From Chitinophaga agrisoli (GTDB lineage: Bacteria > Bacteroidota > Bacteroidia > Chitinophagales > Chitinophagaceae): a stretch of 24,000 nucleotides of DNA. Shown here piece after piece: positions 1-9,293 of this stretch. Where the stretch lies: positions 598,327 through 622,326 of the forward strand of contig NZ_VUOC01000004.1 of NCBI RefSeq assembly GCF_008386695.1, read 5' to 3'. How positions within the stretch are numbered: the stretch's first letter is position 1; each line of letters starts with the position of its first letter. The notes beneath the pieces were generated by a model. That model did not search any database, was not told the DNA's origin, and saw nothing but the letters and a program-made list of their open reading frames with translations. Made by a program: the position numbers and the translations under genes.

Positions 1-21
1 CAAGATAACGGGGGGAGCTAT

Positions 22-978
22 GTGATAGTTACCTGCGTATCAATTGTAATTGCCATTATCATATTGGGTGTATTCCTGAATAGGCAACCCAGCGCCTCCA
101 ATACTCCTCCCCCAGCCGTCTCCGACCATCCAACCACGCCCGCCCCTGATTTTGTAAAATTAGTAGACGATTGGAACAAAGCTCATAACACAAGGGACAT
201 AAGCCTTTTTTTTGTGCTTTTTGACAATTCTGTTCTTTTGTATGGCACACAATCGGACAAAAATACCTGTATTGAAAGCAAACTTTCGCTATTGAAGAAA
301 TACAGGTACTTTAATCAGCAGATTAATGGTGGTGTACAAACTGAACTACAGGAAAATGGAGACGTGAAATGCTTGTTTACAAAACATGTCACTATAAATG
401 AAGAGCTAGATAAAGAATATGCTGCATACCTGATATTCCGGAAGGTGGGATATGATTGGAAGATCATTACAGAGGGCGACTTAACAACAGATAAAAATCT
501 AGCTAAAAAAAAGCAGGCCTTAACACAAGGTGAGGTAAAAGGAGACTTCAATGGAGATGGCCAAACTGAATCCGTATCCGTAGTTCCACCGAAGGAAGAC
601 GACACCGGGATGGATTGCGTTGGAGATTGCACCACCTATTTACAGTTCTCAGATACAAATCTTCCCGGAATAAAAATTGAAAATAGTCTGGGAGGCATGG
701 TAAGCAATGTAGGGGATCTTAACGGGGACGGAAGAGATGAATTAGGCTTTTTACCGGGATGGTTCACTAGCTGTTGGAGGCAGTATCACGTATTTACCTA
801 TAAAGATGACAACTGGTTGAATGCGGTCCCGTCCTTTTCCACGCACTGCAACCAATGGGAGCAAGGCATTAAACCAATCGAAACCGATATAAATATATCC
901 GGGAATGTGATCATCAGATATAGCGAATTCACCGGGGATGACATTGTTGTAAAAAATAAATCCGTGCCAATAGAATAG
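22..978 (+). CDS. membrane-anchored protein with NTF2-like middle region and FG-GAP/VCBS-type repeats; function unknown; 5' end may lie outside the window
   Basis: 318-aa ORF starting at GTG 22, but the frame has no stop between nt 1 and 22, so the true start may be upstream. It has a hydrophobic segment (IVTCVSIVIAIIILGVF) followed by a Pro/Thr-rich linker. Two DxNGDGxxE repeats (DFNGDGQTE, DLNGDGRDE) are typical of FG-GAP/VCBS calcium-binding repeats. Confidence 0.6.
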   Translation: MIVTCVSIVIAIIILGVFLNRQPSASNTPPPAVSDHPTTPAPDFVKLVDDWNKAHNTRDISLFFVLFDNSVLLYGTQSDKNTCIESKLSLLKKYRYFNQQINGGVQTELQENGDVKCLFTKHVTINEELDKEYAAYLIFRKVGYDWKIITEGDLTTDKNLAKKKQALTQGEVKGDFNGDGQTESVSVVPPKEDDTGMDCVGDCTTYLQFSDTNLPGIKIENSLGGMVSNVGDLNGDGRDELGFLPGWFTSCWRQYHVFTYKDDNWLNAVPSFSTHCNQWEQGIKPIETDINISGNVIIRYSEFTGDDIVVKNKSVPIE

Positions 979-1500
979 CTCGTTACATATTAAGCTTGTC
1001 ATACACATATATTAAAACCCACTATGCAATTGGCATAAAATCTGGCGACAGTATAGATAATTGGTTCTGCATTGCTATTAATCCGTACACTACAAACTCC
1101 TTCATTAAAACTTAAATGCATGGCGCCAGGTTATAGCATGTTTTGTTTCTACCGTCATCGCCAGCCTGTTATTATATACTTATATTGATACCTTCCTATC
1201 GTGGGAGGATAAAAACTCCGCTGCAATCGCCTAGCACCACGTCTCCGTAACTTAGTCAAACGAGACTAGAAAAACAGTAAGACACTCCCTGATCAATGAA
1301 AACCGACAGTAAACTGATAATAACGCACATCCCGGCAAGGTATGATTACCTTTGGATGCTTGTTGGCTAGCTCTGTCTTCTGGCAGAGGGCCTTTTATAG
1401 TTTAAAGATTTTATCAATACTTGGCTATCCAACGATAAAAAAGCTTACTGGCTGCCGTTGGTGGCAGGAGCGGTAAGGGTGGAGATCTTTAGATACAATG

Positions 1501-1519
1501 AAAAAGGGCCTTTCGGCCC
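1501..1519 (-). terminator. candidate rho-independent terminator on the minus strand
   Basis: The plus strand reads AAAAA GGGCC TTTC GGCCC. On the minus strand this is GGGCC-GAAA-GGCCC followed by TTTTT. It lies 48 nt downstream of the stop of the 70-aa minus-strand ORF 1567..1779. The stem is short (5 bp, all G/C). Confidence 0.4.
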
Positions 1520-3163
1520 ATTCTGATTCTATATAGCCAGATCCATAGATTGATCTGATTAGATACTTAAGGATTATTATCAATATTTCGCCTGTTATTG
1601 CCAGTAATGCCCCGGATAAAGGCAAGCACCCTGTTAAAAGCCCGCTCCCATCCATTGGCACCGATCATCCACTGAGCATTTCCATGCCCATTAGCCTCCA
1701 TCTTTACCGGCATTGGGGCTGGCGTTGACTCAAACTGTTTCCATAAAAACAAATTAGTTAAGGTAAGATGCCGTACCACTCCCTACTCCTCTTCTGAACT
1801 GGCCTCAGGACGCAGCACGGCAATAAAAATGAAAAAAGCAGTATGTAAATTCAGTGCAGTAAAGTCCATAAACTGCACCTACCGGTAAAGGCAGTAAATG
1901 GTCATCATAATCATATCACAAATTCTTCCTATGCAATATTCCGGTAAAGGCACGTCTTATACTAACCAAGGCATAATATATTAGGTGATACCCATAAGCC
2001 AGCCGTTAATGATTACAATATAAAGGTCGTTTAATATTTTCATCTCCCGGTGGACAATCAGGTCAATTGCGGTGCAAAATTGAGTCAACTGCGGTGTTTT
2101 CCCGGCCACCAGACGACCACCGCGGACAGGCAAAAGGATTATTTCCCATCTCATGTTATCATATCTGATGAAGGACGATGTACACCGTGCTTCACCACCT
2201 GAGCAGTAAATTACTCCGCGGTGGGAAACGGGTTTCACGGCTGGTCGGATCTATGAAATGACCATCATTTATTTCTGCCAGCTCTTTATCCGAAGCCTGC
2301 AAGTCTACAGCATCTTCCATTCTTTGGTCCAACTCCCGATGGCAATCACCTAATGCCTATGCAACTTTCCACCTCCGCCTGCAGCTGCAATGACCGGCCT
2401 AAATACCATTGTAATATTAACCAACTTAGGTATACCAAAATTATTAACCAAATAAAGAGCCGTTATTAGTAGTACAACCGGTTTAAATTTGCGTATAGTG
2501 TTATTAGAAAGAAATTGAAACTATGATCGTTCAGATCTTTGGTGGGAAACACCCAAAAAAACGATGGTGCAATATCTGGCCACTATTAAACCTACCTGCG
2601 TTCATCTCTAGCAATCGAAATTTAGGAGCTGGAAATAGGTGAAAATGAAAACAAATAAAATAATAATACAATTATTAACGAAGCGTTCACTACTAACAGT
2701 TATTAGTTACCTAACATTGCATATGATTTCATCTCTTATAAGATGAAATTATAATAATCATATTATTTCACCCCATAATCAAGAGAAAACTATTCCGTCG
2801 CCGTTGAAATTTATATGTAATGCTGAGAATATTAACAAAGGACCATTATGCCCCTATCCTCAAGATTCCCTTTTTATCTGTAAGAATGGTCGGTTCCTGG
2901 CGCCAACTTAGACATACAGCGTATGTCCCAGGCGATAATATCCTAAAGCCTGTAAGCTTACAGCATATATATCAGGGAGATTCGTGTCATATATAGCCGA
3001 TCAGCAAGGTATCCACATAGATACTCATATATAAAACCACCATTAGTGAAATTCCACACGAATATGCGCAGGCGACACCCTGCCTATTTCCTGTTTATTT
3101 CCAAAAACGATGGTGATACACCCTATAAATATTATGGACAACCAATAAAATCAAACTGTACAG

Positions 3164-3775
3164 ATGGGAAGACTAACAACACGCTACAAATCAGCCAATA
3201 ATTATAGAATAGATAAACCAATAATTTTTATGAAAAAGAAATGGCAAGAAAGCGACATCAGCGCACTAATTGAAGAATTTGAACAACTGCTCTTTAAGAA
3301 CAACATGGGAATCGCCACCGAAGAAGAGAACTGCCGTTTAAGTGAACTTATCAAGATAAAGGAAGTGCGAGCATGGTATTACAAAATCAGAGACAGATAT
3401 CCAAATGCACAGTTTAAGATCGAATGTGAGCCGAAACGCAGGCAAATGAAGCGTATTGTAGCATCCATTGTTTCCTTGTTACTATTCTGTGTATTATTAT
3501 ATGCGATTCATCTCGTTACGAAAGACCCTACGCCTGCACGTAAATCAGAGCACGGATTTTACGGCACGCCGTTAAAAGATCTCGTAACAAAAGCCAGCAA
3601 GCAATATGGCAAGACCATCGTCCTGGACCAGCCTCAGATCGGAGACATACCTGTAAGTGGCGGGTTTGAGTTTGAGAGTGATATACGACTGGACGATTTT
3701 CTATACAATTCAACTTACCCCTACGATCTGAGGTATTATACAGATTCGTTGGGAGTAATTCATATCTCATATTAA
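3164..3775 (+). CDS. mini-FecR-like membrane protein (anti-sigma-family N-terminal helix + TM + FecR C-terminal/DUF4974-like domain; central FecR domain absent)
   Basis: 203-aa ORF with one central TM helix (IVASIVSLLLFCVLLYAIHLV). The C-terminal ~75 aa (FYGTPLKDLVTKASKQYGKTIVLD...LDDFLYNSTYPYDLRYYTDSLGVIHISY) fit the pattern of the FecR C-terminal domain of Bacteroidota anti-sigma factors. The N-terminal acidic helix (TEEENCRLSELIKIKEVRAWYYKI) resembles the FecR N-terminal segment. It is a clear paralog of 4234..4758, and both start with ATGGGAAGA. An alternative start exists at ATG 3230. Confidence 0.7.
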   Translation: MGRLTTRYKSANNYRIDKPIIFMKKKWQESDISALIEEFEQLLFKNNMGIATEEENCRLSELIKIKEVRAWYYKIRDRYPNAQFKIECEPKRRQMKRIVASIVSLLLFCVLLYAIHLVTKDPTPARKSEHGFYGTPLKDLVTKASKQYGKTIVLDQPQIGDIPVSGGFEFESDIRLDDFLYNSTYPYDLRYYTDSLGVIHISY

Positions 3776-3791
3776 TTGCCATAATACTGCT

Positions 3792-3826
3792 CCCCCAGGT
3801 CATGGTTCCAGATCATGTCCTGGGGG
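3792..3826 (+). terminator. imperfect GC-rich inverted repeat after the first mini-FecR gene (possible terminator)
   Basis: CCCCCAGGTCATG ... CATGTCCTGGGGG has 13-nt arms with one mismatch and begins 17 nt after the stop at 3773-3775. No T-tract follows it (AAAATTGG), so terminator function is uncertain. Confidence 0.25.
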
Positions 3827-4233
3827 AAAATTGGTACGCATGGTTGACCTTACAGACATTTATCATATTAACAAATTACGCCATGACGTCGCATTGACAA
3901 AACAGGGATGGTACGGACGTTCTCATTTTCCAGTATATTTTATTAGAATGATACTAAATGTTTATGGCCGTTCGATTAGTTGGCCGTCAAATTTGCAAAT
4001 GTTATGGTACCATATCTCATCACCATAAAAATCTGTGCATGCTCACTTACTGAAAAATGAAAAGCAAATGCCGTGGCACATCGAACCAGCCTAACGATGC
4101 TCACTGTTAATATACGCCTGATGCACACGGCTATCTACCGCACGCCGGACTTTTAACGCTCACGGGACACAGAAGCGCTCCATAGCTGTGCACACTTTCG
4201 TATTAACCAACCACTAAATAATAATCTAAATCA

Positions 4234-4758
4234 ATGATGGGAAGAGAAAATTTCAACGTCAAGATATTCCTTGACCTGCTGGAGAAGAAGCAACTTGGCT
4301 TTACAATAGACGAAGAGGACCACTATTTAATCGAGCTGATAGCCACAAACGATGAGGCGGAATATTGGTATAAAGTTTACACACGCCAATTTCCAGAGCC
4401 GCGGCTCAATCTTGGACGCAAACGGGCCGTTACAACAAATTACCCGATAATAATATTCGCACTCCTATTACTCGGTATTTCCGTATATGGATACTTCTAT
4501 CTTAATAAAAAAGCAGCACCGGTACAGAGGATAGAACAGCGGTTCTCCGGTACATCATTTAAAGATATAATGGAGGAAGCTGAAAAGGATTATGGAGTAC
4601 ATATAGTCTTTGATGAGGTCAACATCCAGGAAATGCGTGCCAGTGGCGTCCGCGCCCCGGATAAAATATCGCTTGTCCAGTTCCTTGATTATCTGACCCA
4701 GCCCACTGGCCTAAGATATTATAAAGATCCATCGGGCACCATTCATATTTCAAGGTAA
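4234..4758 (+). CDS. mini-FecR-like membrane protein, paralog of 3164..3775
   Basis: 174-aa ORF that aligns by eye with the upstream paralog: LIELIATNDEAEYWYKVYTRQFP vs LSELIKIKEVRAWYYKIRDRYP, and FSGTSFKDIMEEAEKDYGVHIVFD...VQFLDYLTQPTGLRYYKDPSGTIHISR vs the same C-terminal block. It has a single TM helix (YPIIIFALLLLGISVYGYFYL). Confidence 0.75.
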   Translation: MMGRENFNVKIFLDLLEKKQLGFTIDEEDHYLIELIATNDEAEYWYKVYTRQFPEPRLNLGRKRAVTTNYPIIIFALLLLGISVYGYFYLNKKAAPVQRIEQRFSGTSFKDIMEEAEKDYGVHIVFDEVNIQEMRASGVRAPDKISLVQFLDYLTQPTGLRYYKDPSGTIHISR

Positions 4759-4816
4759 GGAGGAAATAGCCGTGCGTTCCGCAAGGATACCAATACCTGC
4801 TGCTACCGCGGCTGTC

Positions 4817-4855
4817 AAAAAAAATGACCGGGGAACACTGCCCCGGTCATTTTTT
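4817..4855. terminator. bidirectional rho-independent terminator between convergent genes
   Basis: Perfect 10-bp stem ATGACCGGGG (4824-4833) / CCCCGGTCAT (4841-4850) with the 7-nt loop AACACTG. It is flanked by AAAAAAA (4817-4823) and TTTTT (4851-4855). It sits 59 nt after the stop of 4234..4758 (+) and 11 nt after the stop of 4862..5122 (-). Confidence 0.8.
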
Positions 4856-4861
4856 CCTGCT

Positions 4862-5122
4862 TCAAGGCAACCGGTAATAGGGCGTTTGGCACGCATCCTG
4901 GTACCAGGTGCGGGTGGCCGCTCCAAAAGCCGTAGTACAGACAGTACCCGTTACTGAAGGGCCGCAAACATCGGGAAGCGTGGTAAAGGGGAAACACGCC
5001 GCGCCCAGGTTACTCTGTTTGTACCGCCCCTGCAGGAATACTTTGGCTTGCAATTTGACCGTTGCCGAAATACCAGCAACCATAAGACACACGATTAATA
5101 CTCTGATTTTTACATTTTTCAT
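4862..5122 (-). CDS. small secreted 4-Cys protein downstream of the SusC-like gene (possibly DUF6520-like)
   Basis: 86-aa ORF on the same strand as the transporter gene, 180 nt downstream of it. It has a signal-peptide-like N-terminus (MKNVKIRVLIVCLMVAGISATVKLQA). The mature ~60 aa carry 4 Cys (AACFPF, DVCGPS, GTVCTT, QDACQT), and the strong terminator follows immediately. The resemblance to the Bacteroidota DUF6520 small-protein family is from memory and unverified. Confidence 0.5.
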   Translation of the reverse strand: MKNVKIRVLIVCLMVAGISATVKLQAKVFLQGRYKQSNLGAACFPFTTLPDVCGPSVTGTVCTTAFGAATRTWYQDACQTPYYRLP

Positions 5123-5302
5123 ACTCCAAGGTTTTAAGTATTAGAAAATAAAAGATAACACATGCTATCTGCATCATTCAAATACCACAACGAACATCAG
5201 GCTTAGCCTATACGGCGCCTTGTCCGTCCCGGAAAGAGTAAAAACTGAAGTAGCCAAAGATTAAATAGCGCCTGTGAAACGGTTAGTGATTTCCTTCTGA
5301 TC

Positions 5303-8300
5303 CTAAAGACTGAGCTGGATCCCCGCTGTCATGACCCTTAGCGAAGGGTAGATATCCTCATCGGTAATTAGTTCCGGGTCCCTCCCCTTGTAATTTGTTA
5401 TAGTGAAAAGATTTACGCCCTGTAAATATAGCCTGCAGCTGCTGATCTTCATCCTCTTTAAAAGCCTATCTGACCATTGATACCCTAACATCAGGCTTTG
5501 CAGCCGCAGATAGTTCACCGCTGCTATCCGCTTATCGCTTAATAGCGCAAATTTATAAAGCCGTCCCGCCACTGTTCCTGTGTTGGTGGTATACCTTTGA
5601 ACCGGAACATTATCTCCCCCCTCCTGCCATCTATCCAGGACTGTTACCGGCTGATTATACATTGTTCCGGGGGCCTCCGGCGCTAATCCAAAGTCAGCGT
5701 TGTAATTATTCTGCCGGGCAAACCTGAACAGGAGATCCAATTGAAATCCTTTATAGACGATGTTATTTTGAAATCCGCCATAGAACACGGGAACCAGGCT
5801 TTTAGCATAAGGTCTTTTTTGAATAACTTGCGGATCACTGCCACCATATGCAAATTTGTATAAGCCGGCGCCGGCATCTACCCCCTCCATTCCATAGGTA
5901 AGCGCTACATCCAGCGGCGCTCCAATACGGTAAAAATTCCGATAATCCTGCTCTTCAATATGCGGAAAATCTAAAAGTTTGGTGTCAGGGAAAGATATGT
6001 TGATGGAGCTATTGATCCTTAAGGGGCCAGAACGGAACCATTGAGCCGCCACATCCACTTCCACCCCTCTATTTACGATAACTGCCGGATAATTAACGGG
6101 AATACCGACATTGAGGGCATTTGAATACACGGCAGTTAACAGTTGGTCCCAGCTCCTATTATTATAGTAGCAAATAGTCCCGGTCAGCTTATCATCTAAA
6201 AAGCCCATTTCAACGGCAATTTCCGCTTTGCGGATTTTCTCCGCATGAGGGGCGCGTGCAAGTGAATTCCCAAAGCCGGCCAGAAGATCCATTAGCACTA
6301 TTTGTTTACTGGTATCCGCCCTCTCCCGGTACTGATCATTTCCTGAATACCCCCAACTGCCATGAAGCCGCCCGTAGCTAAAGAAACTGCTATCATTGAA
6401 CCAACGTTCCCTGCTAAATACCCAGGCAGCGCCTACGGTCCCATATACGGCGCTATAGTTCTGATTATTTATCCTGTTCGAATTGTCCCTGCTTGCGGTA
6501 AACGTTACTATATATTTATCGTTCCTTTTTACCTCCGCCCTCGCATAAATAGATCCAGCACGAAAATTACTATCCGGTTTAAAAAGCTCCAGGGTTCCAA
6601 TTGCGCCGGATCTACCATAGAGGGAAGCATCATTTGCGAAATACTCCTGCACACCTTCCTGCTGCATATGCTCCCAGAATAACCTGGTACCGAACAGCAC
6701 ACTAACGCGGGTATTGTTAAACTGTTTTTTCCATTGAGTGCTTGCATCGAACATTGTTGTCTGATAGCGGTTATCCAAAAAATTGGAATATGCGGTCATG
6801 CTATCCTTCGGATTAAACGAGCTCATTGGATATACCTGCACTTGCCGGTTCTTCATGTAATTAAAGCCGAATGCAGCGTTGATCAGCCATCCTGCCGCAG
6901 GTGCATATGTATTTCTTATGAATCCCTGCCCGATGCTGGACTTTTCCGTCGATTTCTGTAAAAAATTAACATATGGATTATTCCCAAAATCATTCGCGAA
7001 GTTCAGCTTTCCACCGGCATACAACTCCGGTGTTGTTGGAGGGGTGGTTGAAAAGGACGTCACGTCTACCGCCGGTAATATATTCCTATCTGCTACATAA
7101 CTTACCGAGGCAGCCGTCTTTATTTTTCCTTTTTTGTCGCTATAATTGAGTTGCGCCCTTCCACTCCCTTTCCTGTAATTAAATTGGGAAGACGGGTACA
7201 CCGTACTTTCTGCTCTGTATAACCCGCTCAACCGCCAGAACAGCTGCCTCCGGCTGCCCTTAATTTCCAGACTGGCATCTGTAATATGAGCAGTTCCTCC
7301 GATCATCCTTCTCTGCCAATCTGTATACTTAGTAGTATCCCAAAGCAAAATGTCGTAATCACTGATCGTGGAAGCAGCCCTGCCGTCATTTCTAATTGCC
7401 TGCCGCCTCATTTCTGTATACTGTTTACTATCCAGGAGCCGCAGGAACCTGGTGGCTTGTCCTATCCCGGAATAGATATTTACCGTAAGCGACTGTTCTC
7501 CGGGCGCCGGCGTCTTACTAATTATAAGAATAACACCATTAGCGCCTTTAGTTCCGTATAATGCAGTAGCATCAGCATCTTTCAACACCTCTATACTTGC
7601 GATATCGTGGATGGAAAGCAGATTTAACGGACTGGAAGCAATATTGGCAAGCGGGATCAATTGCACATCTTGCTGGAGTATCGTCTTTTGCTTTTCAAAA
7701 AAGTTATTCGTCAGAAGAGGCGGCAACGGCACCCCATCTATCAAAATTAATGGATCAGTAATGCTTTCAATACTATTCCTGCCCCTTAAGCGGATATTAT
7801 ATCCGCCACCTGGTAAACCAGTTGTTTGGTTAATATAAAGCCCAGATACCCTACCTTGTATTATACTTAACACATTACTGGCGGGCTGGGTCTCTATATC
7901 CTTTTCGCTTACGCCGCTTATAGAAGCGGTCAACTGGCGCTGTTGCGTACCACTTACATCTATCAACTTCAGGGGCGCCACCAGGGCAATCAATTGAATG
8001 CTGATGGAATCTGCATAGGAAGAAAGCAGCATTGGCTTGTAACCAGATTTTCTCACCTGCAGGATACTACCTCGTTTCATATCCGCCAATTTGAATCTTC
8101 CGTTTGCATCGGTTACGCTGCCGATGGTATCGGTAAATACCGAAACGCCAGGTAATGGCCGCATCTTCTCGTCACAGACAATACCGGTAACAGACCGGGT
8201 ATTAGCCGCTACTATAATTCTACTAAGGGCGGTATCACTATTCTTTTTTATAGGAAAGATCACAAACGTTCCTCTGCGATAGGACCATGTTAACCGTCTT

Positions 8301-8575
8301 TTATTTAAAAGCCATGCTAATGCCTTGTCGAGGGGAACATTTTTGAAGTCAACGGAGATGATTTCATAGCTATCCAACTGTTCATCATTGTAGAATGCCT
8401 GTAACCTGGTTTGTTCCCAAACCGTCTCGAAGAAGTCTTTTATCCTTATTTTCCGGGCTGTGTATGTAATTGTCCGCTCACCAGGAGGAATAACCTGTGA
8501 TTGCGCTGTTAGTGGAATTGCTGTTAGAAAAGCCAGAATGGCTATTATACTGAATTTGGGGATTAGGCGCCGCAT
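5303..8575 (-). CDS. SusC/RagA-family TonB-dependent outer-membrane transporter with N-terminal STN signalling domain
   Basis: 1090-aa ORF with a signal peptide (MRRLIPKFSIIAILAFLTAIPLTAQSQ). An STN-like segment follows (ITYTARKIRIKDFFETVWEQTRLQAFYND...VPLDKALAWLLNKRRLTWSYRRGTFVIFP). Next is a carboxypeptidase-regulatory-like domain (VTGIVCDEKMRPLPGVSVFTDTIGSVTDANGRFKL). The plug has typical blocks (IQGRVSGLYINQTTGLPGGGYNIRLRGRNSI, IASIEVLKDADATALYGTKGANGVILI), and a long beta-barrel region completes the protein. Confidence 0.9.
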   Translation of the reverse strand: MRRLIPKFSIIAILAFLTAIPLTAQSQVIPPGERTITYTARKIRIKDFFETVWEQTRLQAFYNDEQLDSYEIISVDFKNVPLDKALAWLLNKRRLTWSYRRGTFVIFPIKKNSDTALSRIIVAANTRSVTGIVCDEKMRPLPGVSVFTDTIGSVTDANGRFKLADMKRGSILQVRKSGYKPMLLSSYADSISIQLIALVAPLKLIDVSGTQQRQLTASISGVSEKDIETQPASNVLSIIQGRVSGLYINQTTGLPGGGYNIRLRGRNSIESITDPLILIDGVPLPPLLTNNFFEKQKTILQQDVQLIPLANIASSPLNLLSIHDIASIEVLKDADATALYGTKGANGVILIISKTPAPGEQSLTVNIYSGIGQATRFLRLLDSKQYTEMRRQAIRNDGRAASTISDYDILLWDTTKYTDWQRRMIGGTAHITDASLEIKGSRRQLFWRLSGLYRAESTVYPSSQFNYRKGSGRAQLNYSDKKGKIKTAASVSYVADRNILPAVDVTSFSTTPPTTPELYAGGKLNFANDFGNNPYVNFLQKSTEKSSIGQGFIRNTYAPAAGWLINAAFGFNYMKNRQVQVYPMSSFNPKDSMTAYSNFLDNRYQTTMFDASTQWKKQFNNTRVSVLFGTRLFWEHMQQEGVQEYFANDASLYGRSGAIGTLELFKPDSNFRAGSIYARAEVKRNDKYIVTFTASRDNSNRINNQNYSAVYGTVGAAWVFSRERWFNDSSFFSYGRLHGSWGYSGNDQYRERADTSKQIVLMDLLAGFGNSLARAPHAEKIRKAEIAVEMGFLDDKLTGTICYYNNRSWDQLLTAVYSNALNVGIPVNYPAVIVNRGVEVDVAAQWFRSGPLRINSSINISFPDTKLLDFPHIEEQDYRNFYRIGAPLDVALTYGMEGVDAGAGLYKFAYGGSDPQVIQKRPYAKSLVPVFYGGFQNNIVYKGFQLDLLFRFARQNNYNADFGLAPEAPGTMYNQPVTVLDRWQEGGDNVPVQRYTTNTGTVAGRLYKFALLSDKRIAAVNYLRLQSLMLGYQWSDRLLKRMKISSCRLYLQGVNLFTITNYKGRDPELITDEDIYPSLRVMTAGIQLSL

Positions 8576-9293
8576 TCACATGTTTCTTTTGGCCTGTAGA
8601 TTAATATACGATGCTTCCAATAATACGGTTTTTTATATTTAAAATAAAGTGGCGATGGGTGATTGGCTAACATAACACCTACTTAAATAAGCGAGTGAAA
8701 TACCGCAGACCAGCAACGAATTCATATTTAATTCAATTTCAATTTATGTTCATATAGCATATATAATTTTCTTAAAAACAAATAACCTGCAAGCAGTGGT
8801 ATTAAATCCAGTACTACAGCACTTGTTGAAACTTATACTGAAATTAAGCAATCACCCGACTCATAATGGTACTCACTCCTATTTTTTGCGTTATTAGCCG
8901 TGATAACAACAATCTTTTCGTATAGGTATCAAAAACATAATTTGCCCGATATGTTATTAATACAATTAAAAGAATAAACCGTCTCAGCCACGCGCCATTG
9001 GTCGCGAACGATATTGCTTTAGACAGCACCCTATCATCAAATATATTAGGTGATAATTACAGCATCTTAATACCAACTGAATAAATACTTAAACAAACTC
9101 ATGTCTGGATGCTCCGGCGGTTATTTGCCGTCATTCAAAAAAGCTCAAGCCTTCCTTGCAGCCCACTCCCCTTTAGAACAATATTGACGTATCCTGATCC
9201 AGCGACAGCGTCGTATTGATTTTTCTATCCGGGATCTACAAAACGTATTCCATAAAACAAGCATTGGGATTACAACAAGAAATCTGATTTAAA

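Noticed and set aside
2557-3115. Exact 13-nt repeat AAAAACGATGGTG at 2557-2569 and 3103-3115, both next to ACACCC, upstream of the first mini-FecR gene
   Set aside because: A rough expectation for exact 13-mers recurring by chance in 24 kb is on the order of a few pairs, so this alone is not significant. The corresponding region upstream of the second paralog has only AACGATG.
3831-4028. 65-aa ORF between the two mini-FecR genes
   Set aside because: It has no recognisable features and an aromatic/Arg-rich odd composition. It lies in the spacer of the tandem duplication and is probably non-coding.
4772-5144. Overlapping ORFs 4772..4957 (+), 4815..4997 (-) and 4908..5144 (+)
   Set aside because: They run through the bidirectional terminator hairpin and/or overlap the signal-peptide-bearing 86-aa ORF. 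Their Arg/Pro-rich products look like off-frame artefacts.
5683-8642. Many 60-106-aa ORFs on both strands within the SusC-like gene
   Set aside because: They are nested in a confidently identified 1090-aa transporter CDS and have no independent support.
8844-9029. 61-aa minus-strand ORF in the SusC/dgt divergent intergenic region
   Set aside because: It sits in an AT-rich, promoter-like region and has no signal, motif or supporting terminator.
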